From an uncultured bacterium (GTDB lineage: Bacteria; Oederibacteriota; PGYV01; CAWJRG01): a stretch of 64,000 bases of DNA. Below, piece after piece: positions 53,532 through 64,000 of the stretch (position 1 is its first letter; every line of letters begins with the position of its first letter). The position numbers and the translations under genes were made by a program. The notes under the pieces were generated by a model. That model had not been told where the DNA came from. It saw nothing but the letters and a program-made list of their open reading frames with translations, and did not search any database. The DNA lies in the NCBI GenBank assembly GCA_963845185.1, contig CAWJRG010000009.1:800001-864000 (forward strand), given 5' to 3'.

Positions 53532-53981
53532 TCATTCCTCAAATTTTACCGGCTCCCGGTATTCCCTAAATGGCTGGTCTGAAATATAGACCTCCTCGGT
53601 CTTATATCCTGCTTTTGAATCCCCTTTTAAGGCAATTTTATGGTATAAAATCCCTTTTTCCTGAAGGCTTTGAAAAAAAACCATTATGATTCTATTTTCC
53701 AGTTCCTGGTAGCTTATAGCCCTGAATCCAATGGTTTTTCCGAATTTTTTTTCCCACATTGATATTGCGACTTCCATATCCGACACATCATGGTCCTTCT
53801 GAAAAATCGCATCGGTCATTGCGTAAGCGTCGGCATATCTTTTATCAACATAAAGGGTTTTTAAGAATAAATCCGCTTCTGTTCTTGCTTTTTCAGGGTC
53901 GTGCAAAGAAAACTTGTCGCAGGAACATAAAAAAAATAAACCTATACCTATTAATAAAGCAATTTTTTTAGCTTTTCCCAT
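53532..53981 (-). CDS. Hypothetical lipoprotein
   Basis: Hydrophobic leader with LCSC. Confidence 0.6.
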   Translation of the reverse strand: MGKAKKIALLIGIGLFFLCSCDKFSLHDPEKARTEADLFLKTLYVDKRYADAYAMTDAIFQKDHDVSDMEVAISMWEKKFGKTIGFRAISYQELENRIIMVFFQSLQEKGILYHKIALKGDSKAGYKTEEVYISDQPFREYREPVKFEE

Positions 53982-54053
53982 GTTTTTTTATTCCCTCGAT
54001 TATTCAGTTTTACAAGGATTCTTGAGGCAAATTAACTGTCCTTTGAAATCAAT

Positions 54054-54377
54054 TTAGAACTTCTTTAACTTATCCTTGTCCGGTGACAAAGCGTTGTGTT
54101 TGGCAATATAAGCGGCTTTAGCCATCTTATAAAATTCTGCCATGTATTTTTCTGGCACTGTTATCTTTTTAGAATCCGCAGCGTCACCGGGTATTTTAGC
54201 CTCGCTTATTGTCAGATAAATCTCACCGTCTTCGCGCTTCCTTGTCTCAAAATAATACCTCTTATTCACGGCATCCATGGCGCCAAAGAAAAGAAGGTCC
54301 TTATTTGTCTCAACAATCTTATGCTCGCTCGGCTGCGAAACAGTCTTTTTATTTACTTTTTGATATTTTTTAACCAT
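54054..54377 (-). CDS. PUR-alpha-like (DUF3276-type) nucleic-acid-binding protein
   Basis: KRYYFE......YLTISE.K.....KKITV.E....EF pattern. Confidence 0.6.
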   Translation of the reverse strand: MVKKYQKVNKKTVSQPSEHKIVETNKDLLFFGAMDAVNKRYYFETRKREDGEIYLTISEAKIPGDAADSKKITVPEKYMAEFYKMAKAAYIAKHNALSPDKDKLKKF

Positions 54378-54864
54378 AGTTTCAAATAACCTCCGTATTT
54401 GTTATTCCTCACCTTATATCCATATATTACAGTCAACTCAAAAATTTTGCAAGCAAAAAAGCAGGAAAAGGTCAATGCAAAATCAATCTTAATCAAAATA
54501 ACTTATTTTTAAACAATAATATATTTTATAATAATTTATTTATTATCAGTTTTTAACCTTATTTTTAAGGCTTTTATTGTAATAATACCGATCTATTCCG
54601 GATGAAATTGTAAATGTTAAAAAAGAGTCAATATTGATTGATGTAATAAATGAAATTTAGCTACAATCTAATTATTTCCCTTATTTTATTAGTATTTCTA
54701 TTGAGATGATTAATAATGATAAAATTCAATATAATTCAAGCCTGAAGTTTTAGTTTCCGTTTCCTGCTTTTTAATATTGTTATATGGCCTTTAATTGTTT
54801 TTTAAGATAAAAACTTTAACCTTTTCGGTCGTGATTTGGTCTTATATTTCATAATTTTATTCTT

Positions 54865-55533
54865 TTAAAATGCAGCTATATAAATGCATCTGCAAAATCC
54901 CCTTGACTCATCGTAAAGCTTAAAATTACAATTTTTACAAGGTAATGGCATTTTTTGAAGTGCCTCGTCTATCGTATACACCCTCCCAATCTGCTTTTTG
55001 CATATTTCACATGGTTCAGGTTCGCCTGGCTTAGCCCCAATGGAAATTTTGACCTTTTTGACTATTCCCGAGTTCTTAAGATTGGTTAATTCCAGCTTTT
55101 TAGCATATGATAACACGCCATAAGTATCTTTTTTTTCCATGTTAAGGAGCATTGCCATCTGAAAATAGACGTTTATATTCTTCTTCTGCAGATCATTGAG
55201 TATGACACGAAGCACTTCAATATCGTTAGGCTCTTTTCCATCAAGACCTATCATTGATTTCTTCTGATTATAAAAATCCGATTCCTTTACACCGTTGGAA
55301 CGAAGGGTTCTTAATATGCTTTTTACAAAACTACCATCCTTCCAGCCTCCGGAAATCATATCAACCTTGTCCCCTGTGGTCAGTATCTTATCTTTTGAGT
55401 ATCTTGACTGCCTCACATAAATAATATTTCCGCAATAAGGGCATGGAGAATCTTTGGCGGGTACTTTTAAGAGTGCTTTGCCGCAATAAGGACATGCATT
55501 TTTATTTTCATCGATATATTCCTGTTCAGCCAT
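54865..55533 (-). CDS. Hypothetical Cys-rich (zinc-ribbon) protein
   Basis: CPYC x2 at the N-terminus; CEIC, CKNC and CRC at the C-terminus. Confidence 0.6.
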   Translation of the reverse strand: MAEQEYIDENKNACPYCGKALLKVPAKDSPCPYCGNIIYVRQSRYSKDKILTTGDKVDMISGGWKDGSFVKSILRTLRSNGVKESDFYNQKKSMIGLDGKEPNDIEVLRVILNDLQKKNINVYFQMAMLLNMEKKDTYGVLSYAKKLELTNLKNSGIVKKVKISIGAKPGEPEPCEICKKQIGRVYTIDEALQKMPLPCKNCNFKLYDESRGFCRCIYIAAF

Positions 55534-55539
55534 TTTTTA

Positions 55540-55571
55540 CCTCCCTTGATTTCGTTTACTTTGCCAAGCCG
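55540..55571. repeat. 32-bp exact repeat containing an RBS (copy 2)
   Basis: Identical to 410-441; followed by hairpin GTCAAATAGTCC-TGT-GGACTATTTGAC. Confidence 0.9.
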
Positions 55572-55676
55572 AGAGTCAAATAGTCCTGTGGACTATTTGA
55601 CGGGTAGTTTCCGTAAGTTATTATAATATAAAAACTACCTAAAAGCGGCACTATTCAAAAATTTATTATTCAAACT

Positions 55677-57116
55677 TTATTCTAAAATACCCTGTTTCTT
55701 TATATATTCATCTATTGCTTTTGCCGCTTTTCTTGCTGCGCCCATTGCGGCAATTACGGTTGCCGAGCCAGTTGTTATATCGCCTCCTGCAAAAACACCT
55801 GAAAGTGAAGTTGCTCCTTTTTCAGCGTCCACCTCAATATAGCCCCGCTTGTTCAGTTTCAATCCCGGCACATCATTGGTTAATAACCTGTTTGCCTTGG
55901 TACCGAGGGCAGGTATTATAGTGTCTGCCTCTATAATAAACTCGGAACCTGGTATGGGAACTGGTTTTTTCCTTCCTGATGAATCAGGTTCGGCAAGTTC
56001 CATTTTTATGCATTTTACGCCTTTTACCCAGCCGTCCTCATTACCTATGATCTCTACAGGGCAGGAAAGAAGCCTGAATTTTACGCCCTCTTCCTTTGCC
56101 CTTTCGATTTCTTCTATCCTTGCAGGCATCTCAGTTTCCGAACGGCGGTATACTATAAATGATTCCTGCACCCCTCTCAGCCTTATGGCCCATCTGGCAG
56201 CATCCATGGCCACATTGCCACCGCCTATCACAACCACCTTTTCCCCTATCCTGACCGGTGTGTCATAATCGGGGAAAAGATAACCTTTCATTGCGTTTAT
56301 TCTTGTAAGGAATTCATTAGCTGTATAAACACCTTTTAATGCTTCGCCGGGGATACCCATAAAAGCCGGCGTACCTGCCCCTACGCCCACAAAAACCGCC
56401 TTAAATCCAATTTTAAACAGGTCATCTATCGTGTATGATTTGCCAATAAGGACATTAAGCTGAATTTCTACTCCAATTTGTTTAAGATAATCGACTTCCC
56501 TTTGCACTATTTTCTTGGGTAGGCGGAACTCAGGTATGCCGTAAACAAGCACGCCCCCTGCAACATGCATTGCCTCGAATACGACAGGCTCATAACCCAA
56601 CTTTGCAAGGTCCCCTGCTATTGTAAGCCCAGCAGGGCCGGCTCCTGCCACAGCTATCTTTATTGGACCGCCATCTTTGTCTTTTTTCTTTGCAGTACTA
56701 ACCAGTTTCATATGCTCTGCTTCACAGTCAGCCGCGAACCTTTCAAGCGCTCCTATATTAATCGGATTTTTTGTTTTCTGCATAACACATGATTTTTCGC
56801 ACTGGTCTTCCTGGGGGCATACCCTGCCGCATACTGCAGGCAGGCTATTATCGTTTTTTATGGTATTAATGGCACCTCTATAGTCTTTAATCGCAATCTG
56901 CCGTATAAATTCTTTTATATTTATATTTACAGGACAACCCTCTATACAGGTAGGTTTTTTACATTGAAGGCATCTTTGCGCTTCGGCAACAGCCTCTTCT
57001 TCATTATACCCAAAAGGTACCTCATCAAAATTTTTTACCCGGATGGCCGCATCCTGCTGCCTTACCTTTATCCTCTGGCTCTTGCCTTTTACTGCAGGTT
57101 TGTCAGACTTGGTCAT
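55677..57116 (-). CDS. nfnB: NfnB/SudA-type NADPH oxidoreductase large subunit (GltD-like)
   Basis: EAQRCLQC, CGRVCPQEDQCE, GAGPAGL, GGGNVAMD; directly after an NfnA-type gene. Confidence 0.85.
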   Translation of the reverse strand: MTKSDKPAVKGKSQRIKVRQQDAAIRVKNFDEVPFGYNEEEAVAEAQRCLQCKKPTCIEGCPVNINIKEFIRQIAIKDYRGAINTIKNDNSLPAVCGRVCPQEDQCEKSCVMQKTKNPINIGALERFAADCEAEHMKLVSTAKKKDKDGGPIKIAVAGAGPAGLTIAGDLAKLGYEPVVFEAMHVAGGVLVYGIPEFRLPKKIVQREVDYLKQIGVEIQLNVLIGKSYTIDDLFKIGFKAVFVGVGAGTPAFMGIPGEALKGVYTANEFLTRINAMKGYLFPDYDTPVRIGEKVVVIGGGNVAMDAARWAIRLRGVQESFIVYRRSETEMPARIEEIERAKEEGVKFRLLSCPVEIIGNEDGWVKGVKCIKMELAEPDSSGRKKPVPIPGSEFIIEADTIIPALGTKANRLLTNDVPGLKLNKRGYIEVDAEKGATSLSGVFAGGDITTGSATVIAAMGAARKAAKAIDEYIKKQGILE

Positions 57117-57964
57117 TGCTGTGCCTTTCTCACGGCCTTATCTATCATGCAGCTGTGGTCAATGGAACGTTTTTCCTCTTCTTTGTATGCTGCGAGCCTG
57201 CTTATAAGCATGTCAAAATCAACCTTGTGCCCATCAAAGTCAGGCCCGTCAACGCATGAAAACTTTACTTCGCCGCCTACAGTCACCCTGCATCCGCCGC
57301 ACATGCCGCTGGCGTCAATCATAAGCGCGTTTAAGCTAACAACGGTCTTAATGCCGTAATTTCTCGTAAGTTCAGACACTGCCTTCATCATTGCCACCGG
57401 ACCAACTGCAACAACAATATCCATCTTTTCACCCGAATTAATAGTATTGCGAAGTACATCAGTGACAAACCCGCGCTCACCGTAAGACCCGTCATTTGTG
57501 GCAATAATAACCTTGTCCGACACCGTCTTCATTTCATTCTCGAGTATTATATTCTCTTTTGAGCGGTATCCCATTATTGATGTTATCTTATTGCCTGCTT
57601 CCCTTAAAGCCCTTGCTATTGGAAAAATTGCCGGTACCCCTACCCCGCCGCCTATTATTGTGGCATTGCCGTATTTTTCAATATGGAAATGCCTGCCCAA
57701 AGGTCCTGCAATGGCAAAAATCGAATCATTGACATTGAGTTTGCCGAGTTTTATTGTTGACGCTCCGATTTCCTGAAAAATCATGTAAACAATCCCTTTG
57801 TCCCTGTCCCAGTCATATATGGTAAGCGGTACCCTCTCGCCTTTTTCGTCGGTAATTACCACTATGAAATTGCCTGCTTTGGCGTTATATGTAACATGCG
57901 GAGCTGATATTCCCATTAATTTTATGCCAGGCGCCAGCTCTTTTTTTTCTAATATTTTGTACAT
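57113..57964 (-). CDS. nfnA: NfnA/SudB-type FAD/[2Fe-2S] small subunit
   Basis: GERVPLTI, GGGVG, GMCGGCRV, CVDGPDFDGH. Confidence 0.88.
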   Translation of the reverse strand: MYKILEKKELAPGIKLMGISAPHVTYNAKAGNFIVVITDEKGERVPLTIYDWDRDKGIVYMIFQEIGASTIKLGKLNVNDSIFAIAGPLGRHFHIEKYGNATIIGGGVGVPAIFPIARALREAGNKITSIMGYRSKENIILENEMKTVSDKVIIATNDGSYGERGFVTDVLRNTINSGEKMDIVVAVGPVAMMKAVSELTRNYGIKTVVSLNALMIDASGMCGGCRVTVGGEVKFSCVDGPDFDGHKVDFDMLISRLAAYKEEEKRSIDHSCMIDKAVRKAQQ

Positions 57965-58039
57965 GTTTTTCCTCAAACAATGGTTTTAATATTTTTGAAT
58001 GTTTTCTTGCTGCAAAGATTCTTCTTGTGAAAAACTAAA

Positions 58040-59356
58040 TCATGTTTTGTTGACCGGGTCACATTGGTTCCCGCCGGAGTCGGATTCATTTTTTATTTCA
58101 ATTCTTAATTTTATAATTCTTTTTTCATCTGCTTTCAAAACAGTAAAAAGTATTTTTCCGAACCTGTAATGCTCTCCTTCTTTTGGAACTCTGCCGCAAA
58201 TGGCTGAAACAAAACCACCTATTGTATTTATATCGTCTTCACGCGGTATATCCATTTTATAATTGCTGATTAATTTTTCAATATCCATATCACCGTCGAC
58301 AATGTAAATGCCTTTTTCAACAAATTCAACTTTTTTATCTAAAACATCATATTCATCCTGTATATCACCCACTATCTTTTCTATTATATCCTCGAGTGTA
58401 ACAAGGCCTGAAGTTCCGCCGAACTCATCAACTATAATTGCCATATGAATCTTGCCCTTTTTAAATTCCTTTAGTAATTCGCCGCTCTTTTTTGTTTCCG
58501 GCACAAAATATGGTATCCTGACAAGGTCCTGCAAAATGACAAGGCTCCTGTTTTTTATCATATACAGCATGTCTTTGGCGTAAAGTATGCCCACAATATG
58601 GTCAAGATCTTCTTTATAAACCGGCAGCCTTGAATAACCATCCTGCACGACTTTATCTATTATTCTGTTGTGTTCCCACGATATGTCAATGCCCACTATT
58701 TCGGTCCGTGGTATCATGATATCCTTTACGTGCATGTCCTTAAATTCCAGTATGCTTGTCATCATGGTTTTTGACTGTTCATCAATGTAGCCTGCATCCG
58801 CGCTCACATCAATGACCGTGCTTATATCTTTTGCCGAAATTATGGGTATGCTTTCTGCCGCCTGTCCACCGACGATTTTGATTATTACATTGCTTATTTT
58901 AATAAAAAATCCTGCGAGTGGTCTTATAAGTTTATAAAAAAACACAACCGGTTTTATCAAGAGAAGGCCCATTTTTTCAGTATTATGTATGGCAAAAACC
59001 TTAGGCGTAATTTCTCCGAAAACTATTAGTATGACAGTTATTATTGCCGCAACAACCGTTGCCGTAAACGTTGGATTTAGGTGAAAATAACCCGCTATTT
59101 TTAGAGATAAAAATGCTCCTATGGTAGAAGCCGATATTGCAACGACATTAATATAAATAAGCAGCGTGGCGAGCAGTTTATTCGGCTCCTGCAGCCAAAT
59201 GGAAAGGTATTTGGACAACGGATGATTGTTTTTTATATGCGATATTACCCTTAGCCTGCTCATCCCGGTAAGGGATGTTTCCGCGAGTGCGAGAAATGCC
59301 GCTATAAAAAAAAGTAAAACAACCGCTATTGCTTCTGCAATGGTTATAGCCTGCAT
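58040..59356 (-). CDS. Hemolysin-family CNNM/CBS/CorC domain protein
   Basis: FGEITPK, MIPRTEI, YSRLPVY, VDEFGGTSGLVTLED. Confidence 0.9.
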   Translation of the reverse strand: MQAITIAEAIAVVLLFFIAAFLALAETSLTGMSRLRVISHIKNNHPLSKYLSIWLQEPNKLLATLLIYINVVAISASTIGAFLSLKIAGYFHLNPTFTATVVAAIITVILIVFGEITPKVFAIHNTEKMGLLLIKPVVFFYKLIRPLAGFFIKISNVIIKIVGGQAAESIPIISAKDISTVIDVSADAGYIDEQSKTMMTSILEFKDMHVKDIMIPRTEIVGIDISWEHNRIIDKVVQDGYSRLPVYKEDLDHIVGILYAKDMLYMIKNRSLVILQDLVRIPYFVPETKKSGELLKEFKKGKIHMAIIVDEFGGTSGLVTLEDIIEKIVGDIQDEYDVLDKKVEFVEKGIYIVDGDMDIEKLISNYKMDIPREDDINTIGGFVSAICGRVPKEGEHYRFGKILFTVLKADEKRIIKLRIEIKNESDSGGNQCDPVNKT

Positions 59357-59814
59357 TAAATTTTACCGCTCTTGATAAAAATATTTTTATACTTTATTTC
59401 TTTTACCTGCATTATTTTTTTATCCTTTTGTTTTTCGTGGTCGTATCCCATGATATGAAGCGTTCCATGTACTATGAGCCGTGCAATCTCTTCGTCAAGA
59501 CTCATGCCGTATTTTTCAGCGTCTTTTTTCGCGCGGTTAACTGAAATATAAATATCGCCGCCGGCAAAACCTTTTTTATTTTGTGTGAACGGAAAGGAAA
59601 TCACGTCGGTCGTGTAATTTTTCATCATGAAATCTAGGTTGATTCGTCTTAATTCCTCATCGCCGGTAAAAATAATGTTGGTTCCTGTATTATACCTGCC
59701 TTCGGCTTTAAAGATTCTTATAACGCCATTTATTATGTTAAGACCTGTCCTTATTTTTTTCTTAAAAAAAATTTCGGTTTTGCAGTCATCATTCTTGTTT
59801 TTCGTATTTTTCAT
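59356..59814 (-). CDS. ybeY: rRNA maturation RNase YbeY
   Basis: TDVISF, GDIYIS, HGTLHIMGYDH. Confidence 0.92.
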   Translation of the reverse strand: MKNTKNKNDDCKTEIFFKKKIRTGLNIINGVIRIFKAEGRYNTGTNIIFTGDEELRRINLDFMMKNYTTDVISFPFTQNKKGFAGGDIYISVNRAKKDAEKYGMSLDEEIARLIVHGTLHIMGYDHEKQKDKKIMQVKEIKYKNIFIKSGKI

Positions 59815-60769
59815 ATGCTTCCAGTATTTTTTTTACAATTTCAGCTCGAGCCACGTCTTCAGATGTGAAATTGACAGTCGCCATGCCTTCTATTTCCTTG
59901 AATATTTCCTGCGCATGTATAAGCCCTGACTTTTTACCTGGCGTAAGGTCTATCTGGGTTATGTCACCTGTTATAACTGCTTTTGAATCGTTGCCTAGTC
60001 TTGTTAAGAACATTTTCATCTGGTCTATTGTTGTATTTTGGGCCTCATCAAGTATTATAAATGCCCTATTCAAAGTCCTGCCTCTCATATAGGCAAGCGG
60101 GGCTATTTCAATTACCTCATTTTCGACCAGTTCCTGGAATATTCTGGGGTCAATCATATCAAATATCGCATCAAATAATGGCCTCAAATAAGGGTCTATT
60201 TTTTGTTTTACATCCCCGGGTAAAAACCCAAGTTTTTCGCCAGCCTCCACGACAGGCCTAACAAGTACTATTCTTTCAACCTTTTTTTCCCTTAAAAAAT
60301 AAAGGCCTGCCGCTACAGCAAGATATGTCTTGCCCGTACCGGCAGGCCCTATAGCAAAAATAATCTGGTTGTCAAAAATTTCCTTTATATAAAGATTCTG
60401 ATTTTTCGTCTTCGGCCTTATCTGTTCCCTTTTCGAGGAAACCAAAAGCCCGATCATGTCTCCTGTATTTTCCATGTTAATTTTAGCCGGTTCTTCTTCA
60501 CTATTTTTTACACTGTTGATTATTTGCCTTATAAAAAACTTCGAAATTACTTTTCCTTCATGCTCGATGTAATACTTTAAACTTCTCAAAACCCTTTCGG
60601 CATAATCAATCTTTTCTTTTTCGCCCCTAATAAGCACTTTGTCGTTCTGCCCGATAATATCAATCTTGAGTTCTTTTTCAATAAACCTTAAATTCTCATC
60701 ACCTATGCCGTAAAGGTTTACGATACCATCCTTGTCGAGATCTATATCAAAACGTTTTTTTCTCTCCAC
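59789..60769 (-). CDS. phoH: PhoH-family ATPase
   Basis: GPAGTGKTYLA, RPVVEAGEKLGFLPG, YMRGRTL, DEAQN. Confidence 0.93.
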   Translation of the reverse strand: MERKKRFDIDLDKDGIVNLYGIGDENLRFIEKELKIDIIGQNDKVLIRGEKEKIDYAERVLRSLKYYIEHEGKVISKFFIRQIINSVKNSEEEPAKINMENTGDMIGLLVSSKREQIRPKTKNQNLYIKEIFDNQIIFAIGPAGTGKTYLAVAAGLYFLREKKVERIVLVRPVVEAGEKLGFLPGDVKQKIDPYLRPLFDAIFDMIDPRIFQELVENEVIEIAPLAYMRGRTLNRAFIILDEAQNTTIDQMKMFLTRLGNDSKAVITGDITQIDLTPGKKSGLIHAQEIFKEIEGMATVNFTSEDVARAEIVKKILEAYEKYEKQE

Positions 60770-60786
60770 ACAAATATTTTTTTAAA

Positions 60787-61227
60787 CTAATATTTTAACG
60801 GCAAGCTTTTCCTTGGAGTTGAATGAGGCTTATACGGTGGAGTATCTTTTGCTTTCTGTTTTGCATCGTCTACCTGATCTTGCCCATAGTCTTTTTTGAC
60901 GTCAAGTTCCTGGCCAACGTCTATAATATCCGGGTCCTTTATCTGGTCCCTGTTTGCCTTAAAAAGCAAGGGCCACTCAAATGGGTCTGCATAAATATCG
61001 TTTATAGTAGATATCCCCCATAAAGTGTCTCCTTTTTTTACAACATACTTCACTGCTTTTTGTTCTTCAGGTGTTGGTGCGACAGTCGCCTCTTCTGTTG
61101 GCACCGGCAATGTTCCGTTCGCTTCCTCGCCCGTATTTGGTTTAACATTGGGTCTGGATGCACATCCCGTACTTAAAAAAATAGCAATCACGAACACTAT
61201 CACCATCAATAACTTCAATACTTTCAT
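60787..61227 (-). CDS. LysM domain lipoprotein
   Basis: YVVKKGDTLWGIS...ANRDQIKDPDII; lipobox STGC. Confidence 0.88.
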   Translation of the reverse strand: MKVLKLLMVIVFVIAIFLSTGCASRPNVKPNTGEEANGTLPVPTEEATVAPTPEEQKAVKYVVKKGDTLWGISTINDIYADPFEWPLLFKANRDQIKDPDIIDVGQELDVKKDYGQDQVDDAKQKAKDTPPYKPHSTPRKSLPLKY

Positions 61228-61243
61228 GCAACTATACCTCCTT

Positions 61244-61621
61244 TTAAAATTTTTTCGACAGTATCATCATGCCGTCATTAAATGAAAGCAAAATGTCCGG
61301 TTCTTCATATGCCGATTTTCTGTTTTTCTTCTGCATTGTGTTGTTCTTATCATCAATATACTCATACACGTCGTATGTTCCGTATAAAAGCCCCAGACCG
61401 GCTCCTATTAAAGCTCCCCAGCACGCGCCTGCTCCAAAAACAGCCGGATTCGCTGTATTTCCGCCGTTTATATATGATGGTGCCGAAAAGGCCACGCCAA
61501 CCATTGATGATATCAAGGATCCGACAAGCATATCTTCGCCCAGTTTGTCGGCTATTTCACCGGCAAAAAGGCTTCCTGTGAACATACCTGCTATAATAAC
61601 TGTAATAAGAATTTTTTTCAT
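61244..61621 (-). CDS. Hypothetical Gly-zipper-like membrane protein
   Basis: Signal peptide and GxxxG helices. Confidence 0.55.
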   Translation of the reverse strand: MKKILITVIIAGMFTGSLFAGEIADKLGEDMLVGSLISSMVGVAFSAPSYINGGNTANPAVFGAGACWGALIGAGLGLLYGTYDVYEYIDDKNNTMQKKNRKSAYEEPDILLSFNDGMMILSKKF

Positions 61622-61630
61622 AATAACTCC

Positions 61631-62455
61631 TTAATATTTTATGCTATATGTTAAAAGTGTGGCGTCCGGAGTAAATTCAAGATGCAGTGCATGGTTTTCT
61701 CTTATTTCTGCGCCCCTGTACTGGGATGGTATTACCATTTCAACAATAGCTGCAACAAATCCAAGCGCAGTACCTATTGATGCGCCATAACCAACACCTT
61801 CAAGTATATTTTCTCCTGCTTTGGTTTTAATATAAGATATTACTCCGCCGCACGTGCCCAACATACTTCCTATTACACAACCACCAAGTATATCAATTCC
61901 ATAATCCGATGAAAAATAATATTTATCGACATTTAACTCGACAAGCGACAAAACAGTCGAGCCTATTACCCCTGCACCCAAACCAATAAAAGCACCGTTT
62001 AAAAGTGGCGCTATATCCCTGTTACGAAAATCCGCATAACCAAGCAGGCCGCAACCTGTCCCGATAATTGCCCCCTCAAAAACACCGCCTGCCACATTAA
62101 GCGCAATAAGTGTTCCCGGGTCGTCCTTTGATAACCTGACTTTTTCATATTTTTTTTCAAGTTTTAGATCTGTCGGCCTTTCCTCTACTATAGGTATCGC
62201 CCCTCCCTGCAAATAACTATTTACTTTTGCCCTTATTTTATCAATCGCTGTTCCGGAAACAGAGGCCGAATAATTAACTTCCTGAGGCAATGGCGGTAAA
62301 GAATTTGAAGTTGCAGGCGTTGGAGCCACGGATGTTTGCGTATTCGCTGCAGATTCCGCTATTATTGTCGGAACCGTTTTAATTTTTACATCAGTGGCAT
62401 ATGAAACCCCTGTACATATTATAAAAATACCTATCAAGATTATAGCTTTTTTCAT
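61631..62455 (-). CDS. Hypothetical Gly-zipper-like membrane protein
   Basis: Signal peptide and multiple GxxxG helices. Confidence 0.55.
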   Translation of the reverse strand: MKKAIILIGIFIICTGVSYATDVKIKTVPTIIAESAANTQTSVAPTPATSNSLPPLPQEVNYSASVSGTAIDKIRAKVNSYLQGGAIPIVEERPTDLKLEKKYEKVRLSKDDPGTLIALNVAGGVFEGAIIGTGCGLLGYADFRNRDIAPLLNGAFIGLGAGVIGSTVLSLVELNVDKYYFSSDYGIDILGGCVIGSMLGTCGGVISYIKTKAGENILEGVGYGASIGTALGFVAAIVEMVIPSQYRGAEIRENHALHLEFTPDATLLTYSIKY

Positions 62456-62581
62456 TGTAGTTAACCTATCACCTTTTTGAATTAAATTTCTTGTTAAATT
62501 TTAGCAATCATTATAAGCATTGTCAAGGCTTTTTTCCACTTTGCATTGATTTAAATGCCACACAAAGTAAAAGTCTTTGAA

Positions 62582-64000
62582 TTACCTGCTTAAATCTATT
62601 TTTATTCCCAGCTCTTTAAGTTGTTTTTCTTCCACTTCCGAAGGAGCATCGGTAAGCAGGCAAAGCGCTTTCTGCGTTTTAGGAAAAGCTATTACATCCC
62701 TTATTGACTGCGAGCCGGTTATTATCATTATCAATCTGTCGAGACCGAAAGCTATGCCGCCGTGCGGCGGTGCACCATATTTTAATGCTTCAATCAAAAA
62801 CCCGAACTTTTTGTTAGCGTCAGTTTCGGAAATATTTAAAATAGAGAATATTTTTTGTTGCAAAACGCTTTTATGCATCCTTATGCTGCCACCGCCTATT
62901 TCCGTGCCGTTTAAGACGCAATCATAAGCTCGCGCTTTTACTTTTAACGGATCCGACTCAAGCAGTATCTCATCCTGTTCCTGTGGTGCGGTAAAAGGAT
63001 GGTGATTTGCTTCCAACCTCTTTTCTTCATGATTATACATAAGCAGAGGGAAATCCGTTACCCATAGAAAATTAAGTTTCTTTTCATCAATAAGTTTATA
63101 TGTTTTTCCTATATGCAACCTTACCCTGCTAAATATATCGTTTACCTTTTCTTTTTTATCTGCCATAAAAAAAATAATATCGCCTTTTTCGGCATGCATT
63201 AACTCGCTTAGCTTCGCAAGTCTCGGCTCATCAAGAAATTTTACAATCGGTGACTCTGGTTTATCTGCGTACTTAATCCAGGCCATTCCTCCGGCGCCGC
63301 ACTTTATGGCAAAACCCACAAGATCGTCTATATCCTTGCGCGAGAGTTTTTCCCCTGCGCCCTTAAAATTTATTGCCTTGACAATCCCTCCGCCTTGTAT
63401 TGCTTCGCTGAATATCTTAAAACCTGAACCCGCAAACACTTCCGTAACTGTTTTCAGTTTTAATTCAAATCTTGTATCCGGCTTGTCACATCCGTAATAT
63501 TCCATGGCATCGTCATATTTAATGCGTGGAAAAGGTATGTCTATTTTTGTTTCCACAACGCCTTCGAAAACACATTTAATAAGATTTTCGCTGTGAAAGT
63601 AAATATCTCCCTCGTCAATAAAAGACATCTCTATATCAACCTGTGTAAACTCGGGCTGCCTATCTGCCCGCAAATCTTCATCCCTGAAACATCTGACTAT
63701 TTGGTAATACCTGTCAAGGCCGGCTACCATTAAAATCTGTTTCAGCATCTGCGGCGATTGCGGCAGCGCGTAAAAAGTGCCCTGGTTTACCCTGCTGGGC
63801 ACGAGATAGTCTCGGGCGCCTTCAGGAGTGCTTTTCATTAAAAACGGCGTCTCTACTTCGGTAAATCCGTTCGTATCCATGTAACTTCTTATCAGCATGC
63901 AGGCTTTATGTCTTAATATCAAATTTTTTTGCATTTTTGGCCTACGCAGGTCAATATAACGGTATTTAAGCCTTATGTCTTCACTGACTTCAGCCTCATC
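62582..64000 (-). CDS. aspS: Aspartyl-tRNA synthetase, 5' end beyond window
   Basis: TPEGARDY, CFRDEDLRADRQPEFTQ, GGGSIR, GAPPHGG. Confidence 0.97.
   Translation of the reverse strand, partial: DEAEVSEDIRLKYRYIDLRRPKMQKNLILRHKACMLIRSYMDTNGFTEVETPFLMKSTPEGARDYLVPSRVNQGTFYALPQSPQMLKQILMVAGLDRYYQIVRCFRDEDLRADRQPEFTQVDIEMSFIDEGDIYFHSENLIKCVFEGVVETKIDIPFPRIKYDDAMEYYGCDKPDTRFELKLKTVTEVFAGSGFKIFSEAIQGGGIVKAINFKGAGEKLSRKDIDDLVGFAIKCGAGGMAWIKYADKPESPIVKFLDEPRLAKLSELMHAEKGDIIFFMADKKEKVNDIFSRVRLHIGKTYKLIDEKKLNFLWVTDFPLLMYNHEEKRLEANHHPFTAPQEQDEILLESDPLKVKARAYDCVLNGTEIGGGSIRMHKSVLQQKIFSILNISETDANKKFGFLIEALKYGAPPHGGIAFGLDRLIMIITGSQSIRDVIAFPKTQKALCLLTDAPSEVEEKQLKELGIKIDLSR

Noticed and set aside
50624..53981. 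YwqJK-type toxin-antitoxin pair
   Set aside because: MORN_2 repeats alone are not diagnostic; the protein is secreted and no toxin gene is adjacent.
54390..54860. Replication origin in the AT-rich gap
   Set aside because: No cluster of DnaA boxes or dnaA-type neighbours seen.
55677..57116. Glutamate synthase small subunit (gltD)
   Set aside because: No gltB nearby; pairing with an NfnA-type gene indicates NfnAB/SudAB.

Overview
64-kb bacterial chromosomal window with almost all genes on the minus strand. The organism looks like a diderm anaerobe (LptD/LptE/OmpA-type envelope genes, pyruvate:ferredoxin oxidoreductase, NfnAB); phylum cannot be assigned from this sequence alone. Housekeeping blocks are tRNA-Gln-ispE-recG-lptD, rpsT-holA-lptE-leuS, porCDAB and nfnAB-tlyC-ybeY-phoH-aspS. 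They flank an accessory region (about 19-47 kb) rich in secreted lipoproteins, IS elements and a restriction-modification locus. Top finding: two near-identical group II introns (11169-13074 and 45010-46914), both inserted after the 4th base of a host gene (RBS-ATGA|AAAAA). Each carries its own Shine-Dalgarno and in-frame ATG inside domain VI, so the host gene can be made with or without splicing. They appear to end in a non-canonical A matched by a U at the gamma position. Second finding: a LexA repressor fused to an m4C DNA methyltransferase, upstream of an MvaI/BcnI-type endonuclease, under a consensus promoter with a CTGT-N8-ACAG box in its spacer, i.e. a candidate SOS-controlled RM system. 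Also present: a duplicated OmpA+lipoprotein cassette with swapped C-terminal domains and a conserved structured leader. Several single-base frameshifts (leuS, MORN gene) suggest assembly indel errors, so 1-nt differences need caution.
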